Positions 41,126 through 52,581 of a DNA stretch of 64,000 nucleotides are shown here, in pieces. The DNA lies in contig NC_058368.1 in NCBI RefSeq assembly GCF_018350175.1, positions 29,948,001 to 30,012,000 on the forward strand, in the 5' to 3' direction. The stretch comes from Felis catus (lineage: Eukaryota). Position 1 is the stretch's first letter, and each line of letters begins with the position of its first letter. The position numbers and the translations under genes were made by a program. The notes below the pieces were generated by a model. It was not told the origin of the DNA, did not search any database, and saw only the letters and a list, made by a program, of their open reading frames with translations.

Positions 41126-43228
41126 AAGTTATGCTTTTTTTACTAGCTTGGTTCTGCATTTTGTCAATGTTGATGATTTTCCTGCAGACTGAATACATAA
41201 ATTTTTGGTTGAAAATTTGGTAATTTGAATCTTCTAAACCATTATGGGATAGCCAAAGCTAGGTAGTTCCTGAGATAGGATATGCTTATGGAATTGGAAC
41301 GTTGATTTGGGGTTTTGGGTGAGGCTGAGGAACAGCCTTAGGAATTCTGATCTGAGGAGGAGTCACCAGGATTGGCAATCTGAGATTGCAGAGGCATGGG
41401 CATAATCATGACCCTGGAGAGAATTCAGGTTGCCTGAGTTCTTTCACTCACGTAATTTCCCTTTTCCCTACTAGTAATTGAAAAAATTCATATTTTTCTC
41501 TAATAGTAATTTAAGAATCTCCTTCACAATTATTATTAAATCACCCTATTCATTCATTCATTCATTCATTCATTCATTTATTAAATACGTTTTTCCAGTG
41601 AGCAAATATTGAACACCAAGTGCCAAGCACTGGCCAGGTTTTCAGGCTCAAAACCAACAAGGACTTCCTCTTCATCCTAAGAAGCTCCACCATCTGGTGA
41701 GATTTTCCCCATCACCACCTGGATTGGATCACCATAGGCTATCCAGTCATTCCTCAGTGTTGATGCAATTCCTTTTGTGTTCAATTTGTTGTTATTATTT
41801 CTAGAATATTCTTTGAAGTGGCTCTGCCTCCCCAGAAGGATTAGACATTGTCATTAGCAAAAATTATGCTGTTCTCTTACTTGCTAACTCTTCCTAGGGC
41901 CTGATACTTTGCACAGAGTGGGGCCTAATACACATTGTTAACCTTCTCTCCAGGGTGCATGAGTGGTGTCAGTTGATTATTATTTTTACACATGATGATG
42001 GGCATTGCTAATAGAGATTTGAGGGTTGCTGGGGACAGAGTCAACAGACATGAGAGTGGTCACCCCCAACGCAATCTCTGTAGTTAGTTTGTAGACTAAA
42101 CATGACTTCTCTTGTCTTTTCATAGACAGGTACCCTGAAGACACTCTTTTCTGGAAGAACCACAGTTATGTTTGGCATTGGTTTTTAACGGCAAGGGAAT
42201 TAAATTAATGCTATGTTTATATGGACATCTTTCCTGCGTGTTGCAACTGTCCAAGAAGTACACCTTTGGGGGTTTCCCCGATGAAGTGCCTACAGTAACT
42301 TTACCTCAAGCTGTCAGTGAGGAACGCTGTGTTACTCAAGTGAATTTCAGCGACCTCTTACTCTAGAGAAACCCAGTGTCAGAACACATTTTTATAAATA
42401 ATACACTGTTTGCTTTGTGGTGCTGATAATTTTCTCCTGTCTTGGAGGCTGTCATATAACCAGGAGGCTTATTGTTTCTTAGGACAAGGATATTTGCAGA
42501 GGGCCTGATCAAACTATTATTATTAATAATCTCGTTATTGAGGCATCGCCAGTTCTTTTGTGCCTTTGAGGCTACCAAATAGATTCAAGTTTTATTCTGA
42601 AAACTAGAGGCACACAGGAACAGAGCAGCTCATGAGCACAGTGTGGGGGGTGGGGGTGGGGGTTCTGTTCTGGCGGGGCACAATTGTGTTTGGAAGAACT
42701 GCTGCCTCATTTCTGCAAGAACACAACCCCCCTGGAAAGGGGTCTCCTAAAGCATTGGTCGTAGAAGCTCCTGAAGGTAGTCATGACTACGGACTACTAT
42801 CGTTAATGAGTTTTTTTTTTTTTTTTGTTTTCTGTCCCCTGACAAGGGCACCGACATGGTCCTTGGTAAAAGGGACAAGGAAAACTCATTAGAGCCACAG
42901 ACAGAAGCTGGCAAATGAGAAGAGATTTTGCCCTTTGCTTTGGTGGGAATCTGGAGGAAGAGGGGAAATGTGATGGAAGGGAGAGGCAAGCTCTCCTCCT
43001 TATATCCATATTCATAGCGTTCAGTCTCAGGATAATGCATTCGGTGTACCAATTTTCCATTCTCACAGATGCCCTGTGCTTCTCCTCTTTTGGTTTGGGC
43101 GTCTAATAGCTAGAAACTTCAGCCAAAGAGGCCAAGGCTGAATTGCTTCCCATAGGGAACAGTGAACTTTGCGGCTCACAGCCTGCCCCAGGAGGCTCTG
43201 TCCAGGTGGTGCAAGCAGACTTCAATGG

Positions 43229-43413
43229 TAGGATTCCAGAGAAAATACGGGGCATCCAGTTCGATTTGAATGTTAAATAAACAACGTACAATTATTTTAG
43301 TATAAGTGTGTCTCAAATATTGCGTGGGACATACTTGAATTAAAAAATGATTCATTATCTGAAATTCACATGGGACTGGGTGCCCTATATCTTAGTTAAA
43401 TCTGACAACTCTA
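43229..43413. mobile_element. MER53 palindromic hAT MITE
   Basis: Ends TAGGATTCCAGA...TCTGACAACTCTA, with an internal inverted repeat TTTTAGTATAAGTGTGTCTCA / TGGGACATACTTGAATTAAAA. Matches recalled MER53. Confidence 0.82.
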
Positions 43414-45076
43414 CACAGGGTAGAATATGAGAGGTGGGGGCTTCAAAATACTCCTCTTACCCTGGCCATGGATTACCTGTCCCTGACCTCAATCTCCACC
43501 ACAGATTAGATAATGTAGGCAGAAGTTGTGCCCAGAAAGCTTCTGGAAAAATGCTCCTGCACTTTCTGGGTCTCCACTAACTGCCTCTGATCACATCTAC
43601 ACGAATATGGGTATAAGCTTGGCTTGCGAAGTCCTCCTGTGTGGCTCAAGTGGTGTATTTCAATGGGGAGGCAGCAATGACAGCCTGGCTGGCTGGATTC
43701 TAAAGCTGGGGAGACTGATCTAGGTGGGGCATCCACTCAACCCCCCAAGTCAAGGGGCAATGTGGGGAACTGAGCCAGGGATGCAGCCACATAGGCCTTG
43801 GGTGCACCACAGAGAGAGAGAGAGAGACTTCTTTTCCCTTTCCCTCCCTATCCTCCTTTCCTCATTCATTCATTCATAGTTTTTTTTTTTGCTTGTCCCC
43901 TCCCATGAGAATCTGAATAGTGTACCAAGGGTTTGAGGCTCTGTTTTTCACATTAACATCTGAGACCTTATGCAGCGCATGAGGTAAAGGAACCCTTCAG
44001 ATCAGGCTTTCCAAAGCATTCCTATGGTAGGGTGGGTGATGGAGTGGGGCAGCGGCCTTCTTTCCCTGCTGTGAACCCAACAATCTTACATATTGGGCCA
44101 GGCTTTAGGAAATTAAAAATAAAACCAAAAAGCATAAAATCTGACATTTGTATAGTGCTTCAAAGCTTATAAGCAACTTCTCATATAATATTTCATTTAA
44201 TTCTAACAATTTAGGAATTGTTACAACACTAGAGGGGCTAAGTGATTTGCCTAAGGCCACTAACTAATGAGTGAGAAAGCTGGTTTTTAATATTCAGGCT
44301 AACACATTTTTACTCTACAGGGAGGAAGGCAGATTTTCAAAATGGAGCCTGAAGATGCATCCCTATTTCTCAGTTTCGTGACAAATATGCCTTGACCAGT
44401 TCACAAGACGGTCTGGAACAATGGAGATCAGACAGAACCTTCTGGAGAGGGAAACTGTTCAACATGGACCTCCCTGACTGGATCTGGGGCAGCCTCCTGT
44501 TTGGATTCTTTCTCCTTCATCAAGCTCATAGTGGCAAGTGCTCAGCAATGCAGAGCCCCTCATGAGTATCCATGGAGAAAACACTGCTGGTATCTCCCTC
44601 TGGCTGAGGTTGTTGGAGAACATTGTCCCGAAGCAGACTCCAAGAGAGAGGTCAGAGACAACCTGGGCAGTAGCAGCTGAAGACGGAATCCCCCTAGGGA
44701 GACTCGCAGTCTCTAAACCAAGTTCCCTAACTTTCCTCTGAAAAGCATCATTCAGTGAAATGGGAGGTGGGGGCAGGGGTGGGGTAGGGGGGAACCACTA
44801 GGTGTGGCTTCTGGGCAAAGGGCTGAGGCTTGTTCACTCCTGGGACCTCCAAGTTCTGTTTCAGCCATAAAGATTACCTTGAACCTATCTGTTTCAAGGA
44901 AGTATCAAGTTGGAAACCAGATATTGGGCTTGAAAATGTACATTTGAGTTAATATTTGGCAGGAGATATCTAGATCTAAGGGCAGCTGGCAGAGTGGGAC
45001 TCAGCGACAAGGTGTGAAGGTGACTCAGGTTCCTGGGTGTCCTGACCCTCCTGGGGTGGTCACATGCTCCCTGGCA

Positions 45077-45088
45077 GCTTCCTCTTTT
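45077..45088 (-). promoter_or_regulatory. PU.1/ETS-like site
   Basis: The minus strand reads AAAAGAGGAAGC, close to the PU.1 consensus AAAGAGGAAGTG. This fits myeloid/neutrophil expression of OLFM4. Confidence 0.6.
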
Positions 45089-45104
45089 CCTACAAACTGG
45101 ACGT

Positions 45105-45116
45105 GGGGAAATCCCC
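45105..45116. promoter_or_regulatory. NF-kappaB site in the OLFM4 proximal promoter
   Basis: GGGGAAATCCCC fits GGGRNWYYCC and sits about 10 nt before the TATA box. OLFM4 is known to be NF-kB responsive. Confidence 0.8.
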
Positions 45117-45125
45117 ACTGGGCAC

Positions 45126-45133
45126 TATAAGAA
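45126..45133 (+). promoter_or_regulatory. TATA box of OLFM4
   Basis: TATAAGAA starts 56 nt upstream of the ATG, with an Inr-like CCAGT at 45156-45160. Confidence 0.8.
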
Positions 45134-45181
45134 GCCCCTGGGCTCTGTGTAGAAACCAGTGGCTCCAGCTAAGAGCACAAA

Positions 45182-45367
45182 ATGAGGACAGGCCTCCTCT
45201 GCCCCCTGGCCCTTCTGTTCCTCCTTGGCCAGACCACAGGGAATTTGGAGCCCCTGGTCCCTGGCCCCAGTTCCAGCTCTTTCCTTGACTCTGTGTTCGG
45301 CTCCAACTTCATCTCTGGCCCCAGCTCCAATGACAGCTTCACTCCCAGCCCTGGCTCCGAGTCTCAG
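45182..45367 (+). CDS. OLFM4: Olfactomedin-4 coding exon 1 (signal peptide plus Ser/Pro-rich linker, 62 codons, phase-0 end)
   Basis: ATG at 45182 with A at -3. MRTGLLCPLALLFLLGQTTG resembles the recalled human OLFM4 signal peptide MRPGLSFLLALLFFLGQAAG. Ends at SQ followed by donor CAG|GTGAGA at 45368. Confidence 0.95.
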
Positions 45368-48300
45368 GTGAGAAGGCCCCACGGCCTGAGAGCTGTGTTA
45401 ATTCCCTTCCTCTCACTTTTTGGGGACCTGAATATAATTTCATGGATGGCTAGACCTGAGCACTCTAAAAGATTTACGACTCCCTTTGTTAACTGTAGGC
45501 GCCCTGGAAATGAATTAAAACCTGGGTAAAATAATTAAATTGTTAGCAAGAGAGACGACATCTTGGTTCTTCTGCCGGGAGCTTTAGGGAAAGAACTGAA
45601 GGTTTAAAGAGGTTCTCAAACCTGGCTACGCTTGGAATTGGGGGTGGGCAGGGGTGGGAGGGGTACACCAAAAATAGAGATGTCCGGATCCTGTTCCAGA
45701 TGAGAACTCTTAGGGAAGGGGCCCTGCCAGGAGTAGCTCCAGAAAAGTCAGTCTGGTTTGCTGCCCATTGGGAACCCTGATGATGAAGAATCGCCCTGAG
45801 GGAGTGAGAGCCTCTTGGCTCCAGCTGGAGCCCTGAGGATTTCTTTGAGCCTAGTTTGTAAAGGAGATGGATGGCCGAAGCAGGGGAGGTCTTTAGGAAA
45901 GTGCTCTTACACACAGATATGTCCCCAGAAGAGTATTAACTGTCTTCCATTTTCCTTATAGGGAATCATAAGAGCCATTTCCGAAAACAACAACAGCAGT
46001 AGCAATAAACAGGCCAAACAAAATCAGCAACAACAACAAAACCAAAGCCTGTGCTAGGAAGGGACTGTCCCAGCTAGGCTGTATCCCTAGACCGTACCCC
46101 GAGCCTAGTTCTTTGGGAGATGAGTCCTCTTCGTATCTCCTTCGAGGAGAGGGGAAGAGGCACCAAGGGATGAGACATTAGGGGGCAGGAAGCATTTCCT
46201 TCTTCCAACTCTGCCTGCATCTGCTCTGGGCCTTTCTGTAGGAGCCCTGCTCTGGAAAACCCAGGCTTGCCTTGGGGTGGAGTAGTCTTAACTCCCCCAA
46301 AGCCTGCCCCTCTGCACTTCTATGATCTTTATTCACAGGTCAGGTCGCTGCTCACGTGATCATGTCTGAATGGGAGGGCCATTGGGATAAGGAGAGGAAA
46401 AGGCTTTTTTATTGTTTCCATTTTGACATCAGAACCGTGTAGATGAAAATTTGTTGATCAGCAAATGGTTTGGATGAAGGCTCACATAGAAACTGCCGCA
46501 ACAATGTTTGTTGAGCACCTGATAAATGCCAGGACTTGGTTAAGTACATAATATATATTATCTTATTTAACCCTCAGAGACAGGTAAAATTAATGGTCCC
46601 ATTTTAGAGATGTGGAAACCGAGGCTTAGAGAGGTGCCGTCGTTGGCTTAAAGTCACTAAGCCAGCAAATGATAGAACTCAAACTTAGTCTGCCTATCCT
46701 CTTCAGCATCTCTGTCTAGGCAGCTTTCTCTGTTTGAGGGGAGTATAGATGCAAGTTGCTAATTTTTAGGAGAAGCGTGGTTTGGGAATCGTGACTATGC
46801 GTGAACATTCTTTGCAGCCAGAAATCAGATGCATCATTTTATTCCATGATACTAAATAATTTCTGGGGACAATTAGAACTGGTTAACACTAATGTCATCA
46901 CCACTCAGAAAGCAGCATTTGGGTAAGATGAGCTAAAATGACAGAAAATAAAATATAGGTCAAGAAACGGAGAACTCCAATATGCCTGTTGTTTGGCAAA
47001 AAGACAAATATTTAAAAGTAGATAAGGAATGGTAGTTAAATTGTGCTTAGAGGTTTTAATTTCCTTCCCAGTTCGCTTATCTCCCTCTGGTGAGTCAGTA
47101 TCACTACCCCAACTTCTTTTTTTATGGCAGACAAGGTGTCACTTCTACTATAAACCCAATTTTCTAGCGCTGCCTGTCAGCTTGATGGGCTCTTTGGAAA
47201 GTGGTGGAAAACCCCTTTATAACTGTCATTGAGCAAGTTCCAAACGTATCATTTTCTGTACTTTGAAAATGTTGAGTACCATTATTTTATGCCTTGAATC
47301 TTTACAGGCACTTAGGCTTGGCTGCTAATTAGAGCCAATTGCAACCTTAAGTCACAAATGTGAGTCACACCTTCAGCTCTCGCGCTCAGAGCACTTCACA
47401 TGCCTCAGATGTCCCCCTCCAAAGAAGGGGCTGCTTGCAGGGTCCTCATTTCACAGACAAGAAAAGGCTCCATGCTTTGTTCACACGGTAACTGGCAGAG
47501 TCGGAACCAGGAGTCATGTCTTCTGTCATCAGGCTAAGGGGTTTGGGCTTGTCGGAAAAAAGGACACTAAGGCTCCCTAATGGCAATAGGGCTGATTCAC
47601 TGGGCGGGAATTGGGTCTTATTTGTCTCCCTGACACCAAAAGCTGGCAAGTTGTAGACACCAATAAATGTGAATTGAACACACGCTGAGTGAGAACCCAT
47701 CAGTGCGGGGTGTCTTGTAAGGTACAGAGGGTCCTATTTGTCCTCCACAGGGGGACTGCATACCCTCTCAGAGGCCAGGGGACAAGCACACGCCTGGGTC
47801 TCCCATTCCTCATGCTACACTCACACCGAGTTTAAGCAGTCACTGCAGACGGAGTGAGACCCATCACCATTAGCTTCATTGTCTTTGAATGTGAGGAGCA
47901 GAAATATCTCTAATGGGAGACACTGATCAAACTTATGGACCATTTTGATGTCAGCTGAGCACGCGGGGCTGATGATAAGCAGGACGGCAGCGAGGGAGTC
48001 CACAGTGCTGGGACAGAGACGTTCAATAGAAGACAGTGGAATGGCTGTCAGCAGGGCTCATAATTATTTGCCTGCCTTTCAGGTGAACTTCAGGACTAAA
48101 AGTTGTTAGCGAGTTGATTGTCTAGAGACTGCTTGATGATCTCCACTATTTTCTGATTTGACAGAGCTTTCCAGAGGAGTCTAAGCCTGGTTCAACCCTG
48201 TCCTGTGCAGCTAATTAACCTCCCCTTGTCAAAATGCAGTGCGAGACATTTTGGGGGGTAGACAGTTGTAATAATAAGCTTTTTTTTTTCTTTCAAAAGT

Positions 48301-48564
48301 CCATGATACATTGGTCCTCCTGCAAAAGCCTTGGCGTGCTTGAGCCAGATGCTTTCTATCTTCAGTGGGAGTGATAAAGTGGGTTCCATTCTGGTGTAGC
48401 TTGTCTAGTCCTTCTTCATCCCTGGCAAAGACCCTTACCTTAATCCCCTCCCAGCCCCAATGTTTAGCATAAACCTGCTTGTCTCTCCTCCTTACTCCCC
48501 AATTCCTGCAGGTGTGGGATGTGATTGGCAAAGAAAATTGAGGCCAGTGTCAAGAATTTACCTG

Positions 48565-48567
48565 ATA

Positions 48568-48603
<36 letters not shown>

Positions 48604-48628
48604 CATGCGTGCATGTGTGTATGTGTGT
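48565..48628. repeat. 64-nt uninterrupted purine-pyrimidine alternation including (AT)15
   Basis: ATATGC(AT)15GTGCATGCGTGCATGTGTGTATGTGTGT in intron 1. Confidence 0.9.
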
Positions 48629-49860
48629 TTGCTTATCTTAAAGAAGATTAGGTTAAATTAACAAGCAATTTAGTTGCAAAAGCCTGAATTAATTGGTCCA
48701 GAGGTCACTGACAGAACACATCTTGACTGTAGAAGCATCTAGGTCTGGCTTGTTCGGGGATCATGGAGGCTGGTAGATACTAAGTGCACAGAGCGCACCA
48801 CCTCCGCTGCAGCCAGCTGACCTCCTAAACTTTGAGAGGTGTGGCCTGCATCTCTTCAAATTCTGCAAACCAGTGTTCTCCCCTCCGTCATTTCGGAGAG
48901 ACACTTCGGCCTAATGTTCCACAGGTGAGCTTTGGGCTAGCCATCAGATGAGATCATTGTCAAGCACAGCCAGTCCACTGCCAAGAGTTACTCTGGAAGG
49001 CAATAGTTGTAATAATAATAAAAAAAAATGTTAATTGTGCTGGGATCCCCTTGGGGAAGTTCGAGGGGGACAAAAGAAAAACAGGATCTTTCAAACCTGT
49101 CATTTTAAAATATGCAGCGGCACCAAAGTGTGAGCCTGAATATCTTAAAGAAACATCAAATATTTTAAAATGACTTTTCTGCAAGTGGTAAGCTGGAAAA
49201 CTTAAACATTTTTTTTGCACAAAACCTTCAGACTCCTACATTGTTCAGTCTTTTAAACATGGCTGTTTTTTCCCCCACTCTAAAGAATGTTAATTATGCA
49301 ATTTTGCAGGTGGAGAGAGGATGTGAATTTGCATTGTATATTTTCCCCTTAACTCCTATGCGTGAGGTTTTTCTCTTTCTGTTGGAAGGCATTGGGTTGC
49401 GATTGGAGGTAATGGTGAGGAAGAGAAAATGAGTACGTGGAAGGAAAGGGAAAGTGACATTTACTGATCGCCTACGGCGTGCCAGGGACTTGGTTTACAT
49501 TACTTGGTGACTCATGGGGACAACCCTGTGAAGTGGGTTATCTCTGTTTGGCAGATGAGGAAATTGAGACTCATAGAGGGTTCACGTCCAGAAAGTGGGA
49601 GAATTGGAATTCAGGATGCTCATCACCTCCTTCTTTCCCTCACCTTACTTAGGAATAGTAACAATTACCTTGAAACCTACTCAAGAAAGGAGAATCTTCC
49701 TTTAGGTGTAGGTGCCTGACCCTGGTTTAGCCTGACTGGTGGAGATGTGGCTACACACGGAGTGTAATCACTGCCTGAGAAACATGAGCTCTTAGCTCGT
49801 GTCTTTGATGCTATTCATTTACGTATTGGACTCTACTTGCTTGCCTCTGAGCCCTCTTTT

Positions 49861-50337
49861 TTTTAATTTTTTTTATGTTTTTTTAATGTTTATTTATTTA
49901 TTTATTTATTTAAATTTTTTTTAATTTTTTTTTCAACGTTTATTTATTTTTGGGACAGAGAGAGACAGAGCATGAACGGGGGAGGGGCAGAGAGAGAGGG
50001 AGACACAGAATCGGAAACAGGCTCCAGGCTCTGAGCCATCAGCCCAGAGCCCGACGCGGGGCTCGAACTCACGGACCGCGAGATCGTGACCTGGCTGAAG
50101 TCGGACGCTTAACCGACTGCGCCACCCAGGCGCCCCTAATGTTTATTTATTTTTGAGACAGAGAGAGACAGAGCATGAACGGGGTAGGGTCAGAGAGAGG
50201 GAGACATAGAATCTGAAACAGGCTCCAGGCTCTGAGCTGTCAGCACAGAGCCCGGCACGGGGCTCGAACTCACGGACCTCGAGATCATGACCTGAGCCAA
50301 AGTCGGCGCTTAACCGACTGAGCCACCCAGGCGCCCC
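49861..50337 (-). mobile_element. SINEC_Fc (host element) in OLFM4 intron 1, antisense
   Basis: Body at 50137-50337, tail interrupted by a younger SINE. TSD TGAGCCCTCTTTT at 49848-49860 and 50338-50350. Confidence 0.93.
49900..50136 (-). mobile_element. Very young SINEC_Fc nested in the A-rich tail of the host SINE
   Basis: Perfect 16-nt TSD TAATGTTTATTTATTT at 49884-49899 and 50137-50152. CpG-rich body. Confidence 0.95.
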
Positions 50338-50433
50338 TGAGCCCTCTTTTGACAGGCCAATTTCTGGCACTCCAGTTACCCAAAAGCTCACTTCCCAGCT
50401 TCGTACTGATGTTGAACTTATTTTTATTTACAG

Positions 50434-50586
50434 TCGCTTTCCAATTTCACTGGCTTCGAGGATGACCACGGGACCTGCCACTGCTCCGTGACCCTCCCAG
50501 ACACGACCTTTCCCGTGCAGAGAGTGGAACGCTTGGAATTCACAGCTCACGTTCTCTCCCAGAAGTTCGAGAAAGAGCTTTCTAAA
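50434..50586 (+). CDS. OLFM4: Olfactomedin-4 coding exon 2 (153 nt; not in the ORF track)
   Basis: Branch-like TACTGAT 50404-50410 and acceptor TTTTTATTTACAG. Translates [51 protein letters not shown], matching OLFM4 CxC...PDTTFP...[20 protein letters not shown]. Donor AAA|GTAAGT. Confidence 0.96.
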
Positions 50587-50924
50587 GTAAGTATTGCTTT
50601 TCCTTCTCTTGCAACAACTTCTTCATAAGAGCAACCCAACCAACAAAACAGAACACTTTTTATTCAGGACTTTGTCTGCAGGCTTCTTCGGTTGTGCCAA
50701 AGCCAGCATGTTTGCATCCTATGGAGGAGTTAGCCTTTATTTCACGGCACACCTATGGAGTTCTTTATAGCGGGAAAAATGAGGGCACGCGGAAGAAAAT
50801 GGGCTGGAGATTATGCACGCCACGGATAAACTCACTTCAATATTGTATGCGTGCAGTTGGAAAGAAGCCTTGAGCTCTCCCTGCAAAACGCAACCTTGCA
50901 ATTTGTATTTGGTTTTGGTTTTGT

Positions 50925-51330
50925 TGTTTCTTCCTGTTGATCGTCCTCGTCTTCCCTCCAGCTTTGCCTTCTCTGTCCTCTCTTCCTTCACTTTCACTTT
51001 TTCTTCCTATTTCTGCCCATTCTCCCTTCCCTTGTCCACCCTTCTAATCTTTCTCTCCCTTTCCTTCCTGACTTGTGTTTCTGTTTTTTGTTTCCTCTTC
51101 TCTTACTTTTGAAAAGCCCCGCCTCCTTCTCTTCCTCCTCCTTCCCCTCCCCCACTCCTTCACTCTTGGAAGCTTCTCCTCTTCTCCTCCTTCCTTTCAC
51201 CCTCCTTTCCTTGCTCTTCCTCTTGTTTTTTTCTTTCCAATTTACGCTCTTCCCTCCCTCCCACTCTCTGTCTCTCCCTCTGGCTCTGTCTCTGCCTCTC
51301 TGTCTCTGTCTCTCTTATTCTCTCCCTCGG
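50925..51330. repeat. About 400-nt CT-rich low-complexity tract in intron 2
   Basis: Strongly pyrimidine-biased + strand. Confidence 0.8.
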
Positions 51331-52427
51331 GCGTTATTCTCTGTTGTCTCAGCAGGAGCATTACATTAGGCCTGTCCCACATTAGACCAAACCTGAAGAA
51401 TTTGAATCAATTCTAGTAGGTCACACAGTCTTGGTAAAAATCCTGACTCCAACCCCCTGATTAGAGCTTTTTTTCTAGCCAGAGGAAGTTATCCCACCGG
51501 GTGTACCTTTCTCCGAGCCGGTGGGGCAATGTGACCTGGCATTCCAGTTTTGACCCCTTCTTCGTTTTTTGGCCAAGTTAAAAATCAATTAGAAACGCTC
51601 CCATTTTCTCCACAGGTGAAGTCCAAGCTAGGCTATAATCACATTATGCATTATTTAATACAACGCCATTAATTTACAAGGAGCTCTGGCTTTACTGCAG
51701 GATTCAAAATAAGTTTTCCTGAGAAATTTAAACTTAGCTGCCTCACCATCCAGCACAGTTATCCTTTAAGACAAAAATGATGATGAGGCTGAGACCCTGC
51801 TTTCTTCCCGAATTGGTAGATAAATATTCTACGTTTCAATGGATGTCCAGGAAAATGTGTTTGACTACTCTAGGAACCTAGCTTCTTAAGAAATAAAATG
51901 TCCTTGAATTAATCAGCAGAAAAGGCACGGCACTAAATTATAAATTCCAACCATTAATATTCATAGCCTTATTCCAGCATAATCAAGTACAGATAAGAAG
52001 TTATGCATAAAAACATAACAAGTGGAGGAAAATCCTAAGTAAAGATCTTTTCAGTTAGAGTCATTTGCTTTGAAATAGTGGAAGCTACTGATTTGCATGT
52101 CTTCTTTGCTGGCAGGAGTGTGAAGGGCAGTTTGAAACCCCACACTGATCCAGAGGAGGTGTGCAGCTCGCCAGGGCTGAGAGTACGGGACGTTTAATTC
52201 CGATCCTGTGAGGGGGCAGATGACATCTGCCTTGCTAATAGTTGGCAGGGAGGAAGGGAGGAGTAGGTGGGAAAACTTTTAGTTCCCCAAACGTCAGTAG
52301 CTGGTCCTAAAGAAATCTGTGATTGAGGCCTGAGACAGGTATTGACCTGCCGGCTGAGATTTGCATCAGAAATTCTGTGTGACATCGATAATAACAACAA
52401 TAATAACAGCTTCCTTTTCTGTTTCAA

Positions 52428-52581
52428 TAAATTTTATTTATTTATTTAGAGAGAAAGAGCATGCAAGTGAGGTGGGAGAGAGAGAGAGAGAGAGAGAGAA
52501 GTGGGGCTCGAACTCACGAACTGTGAGATCATGACCTGAGCCAAAGTCAGAGGCTTAACGACTAAGCCACACAGGCACCCT
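52428..52581 (-). mobile_element. Internally deleted CAN-SINE in intron 2
   Basis: (GA)n joined directly to GTGGGGCTCGAACTCACGAACTGTGAGATCATGACCTGAGCC. Confidence 0.87.

Noticed and set aside
45368..45529. ORF-track extensions of OLFM4 exons past their donors (also 57047-57133 and 58183-58268)
   Set aside because: Similarity to OLFM4 ends at strong GT donors, so these are intronic read-through.
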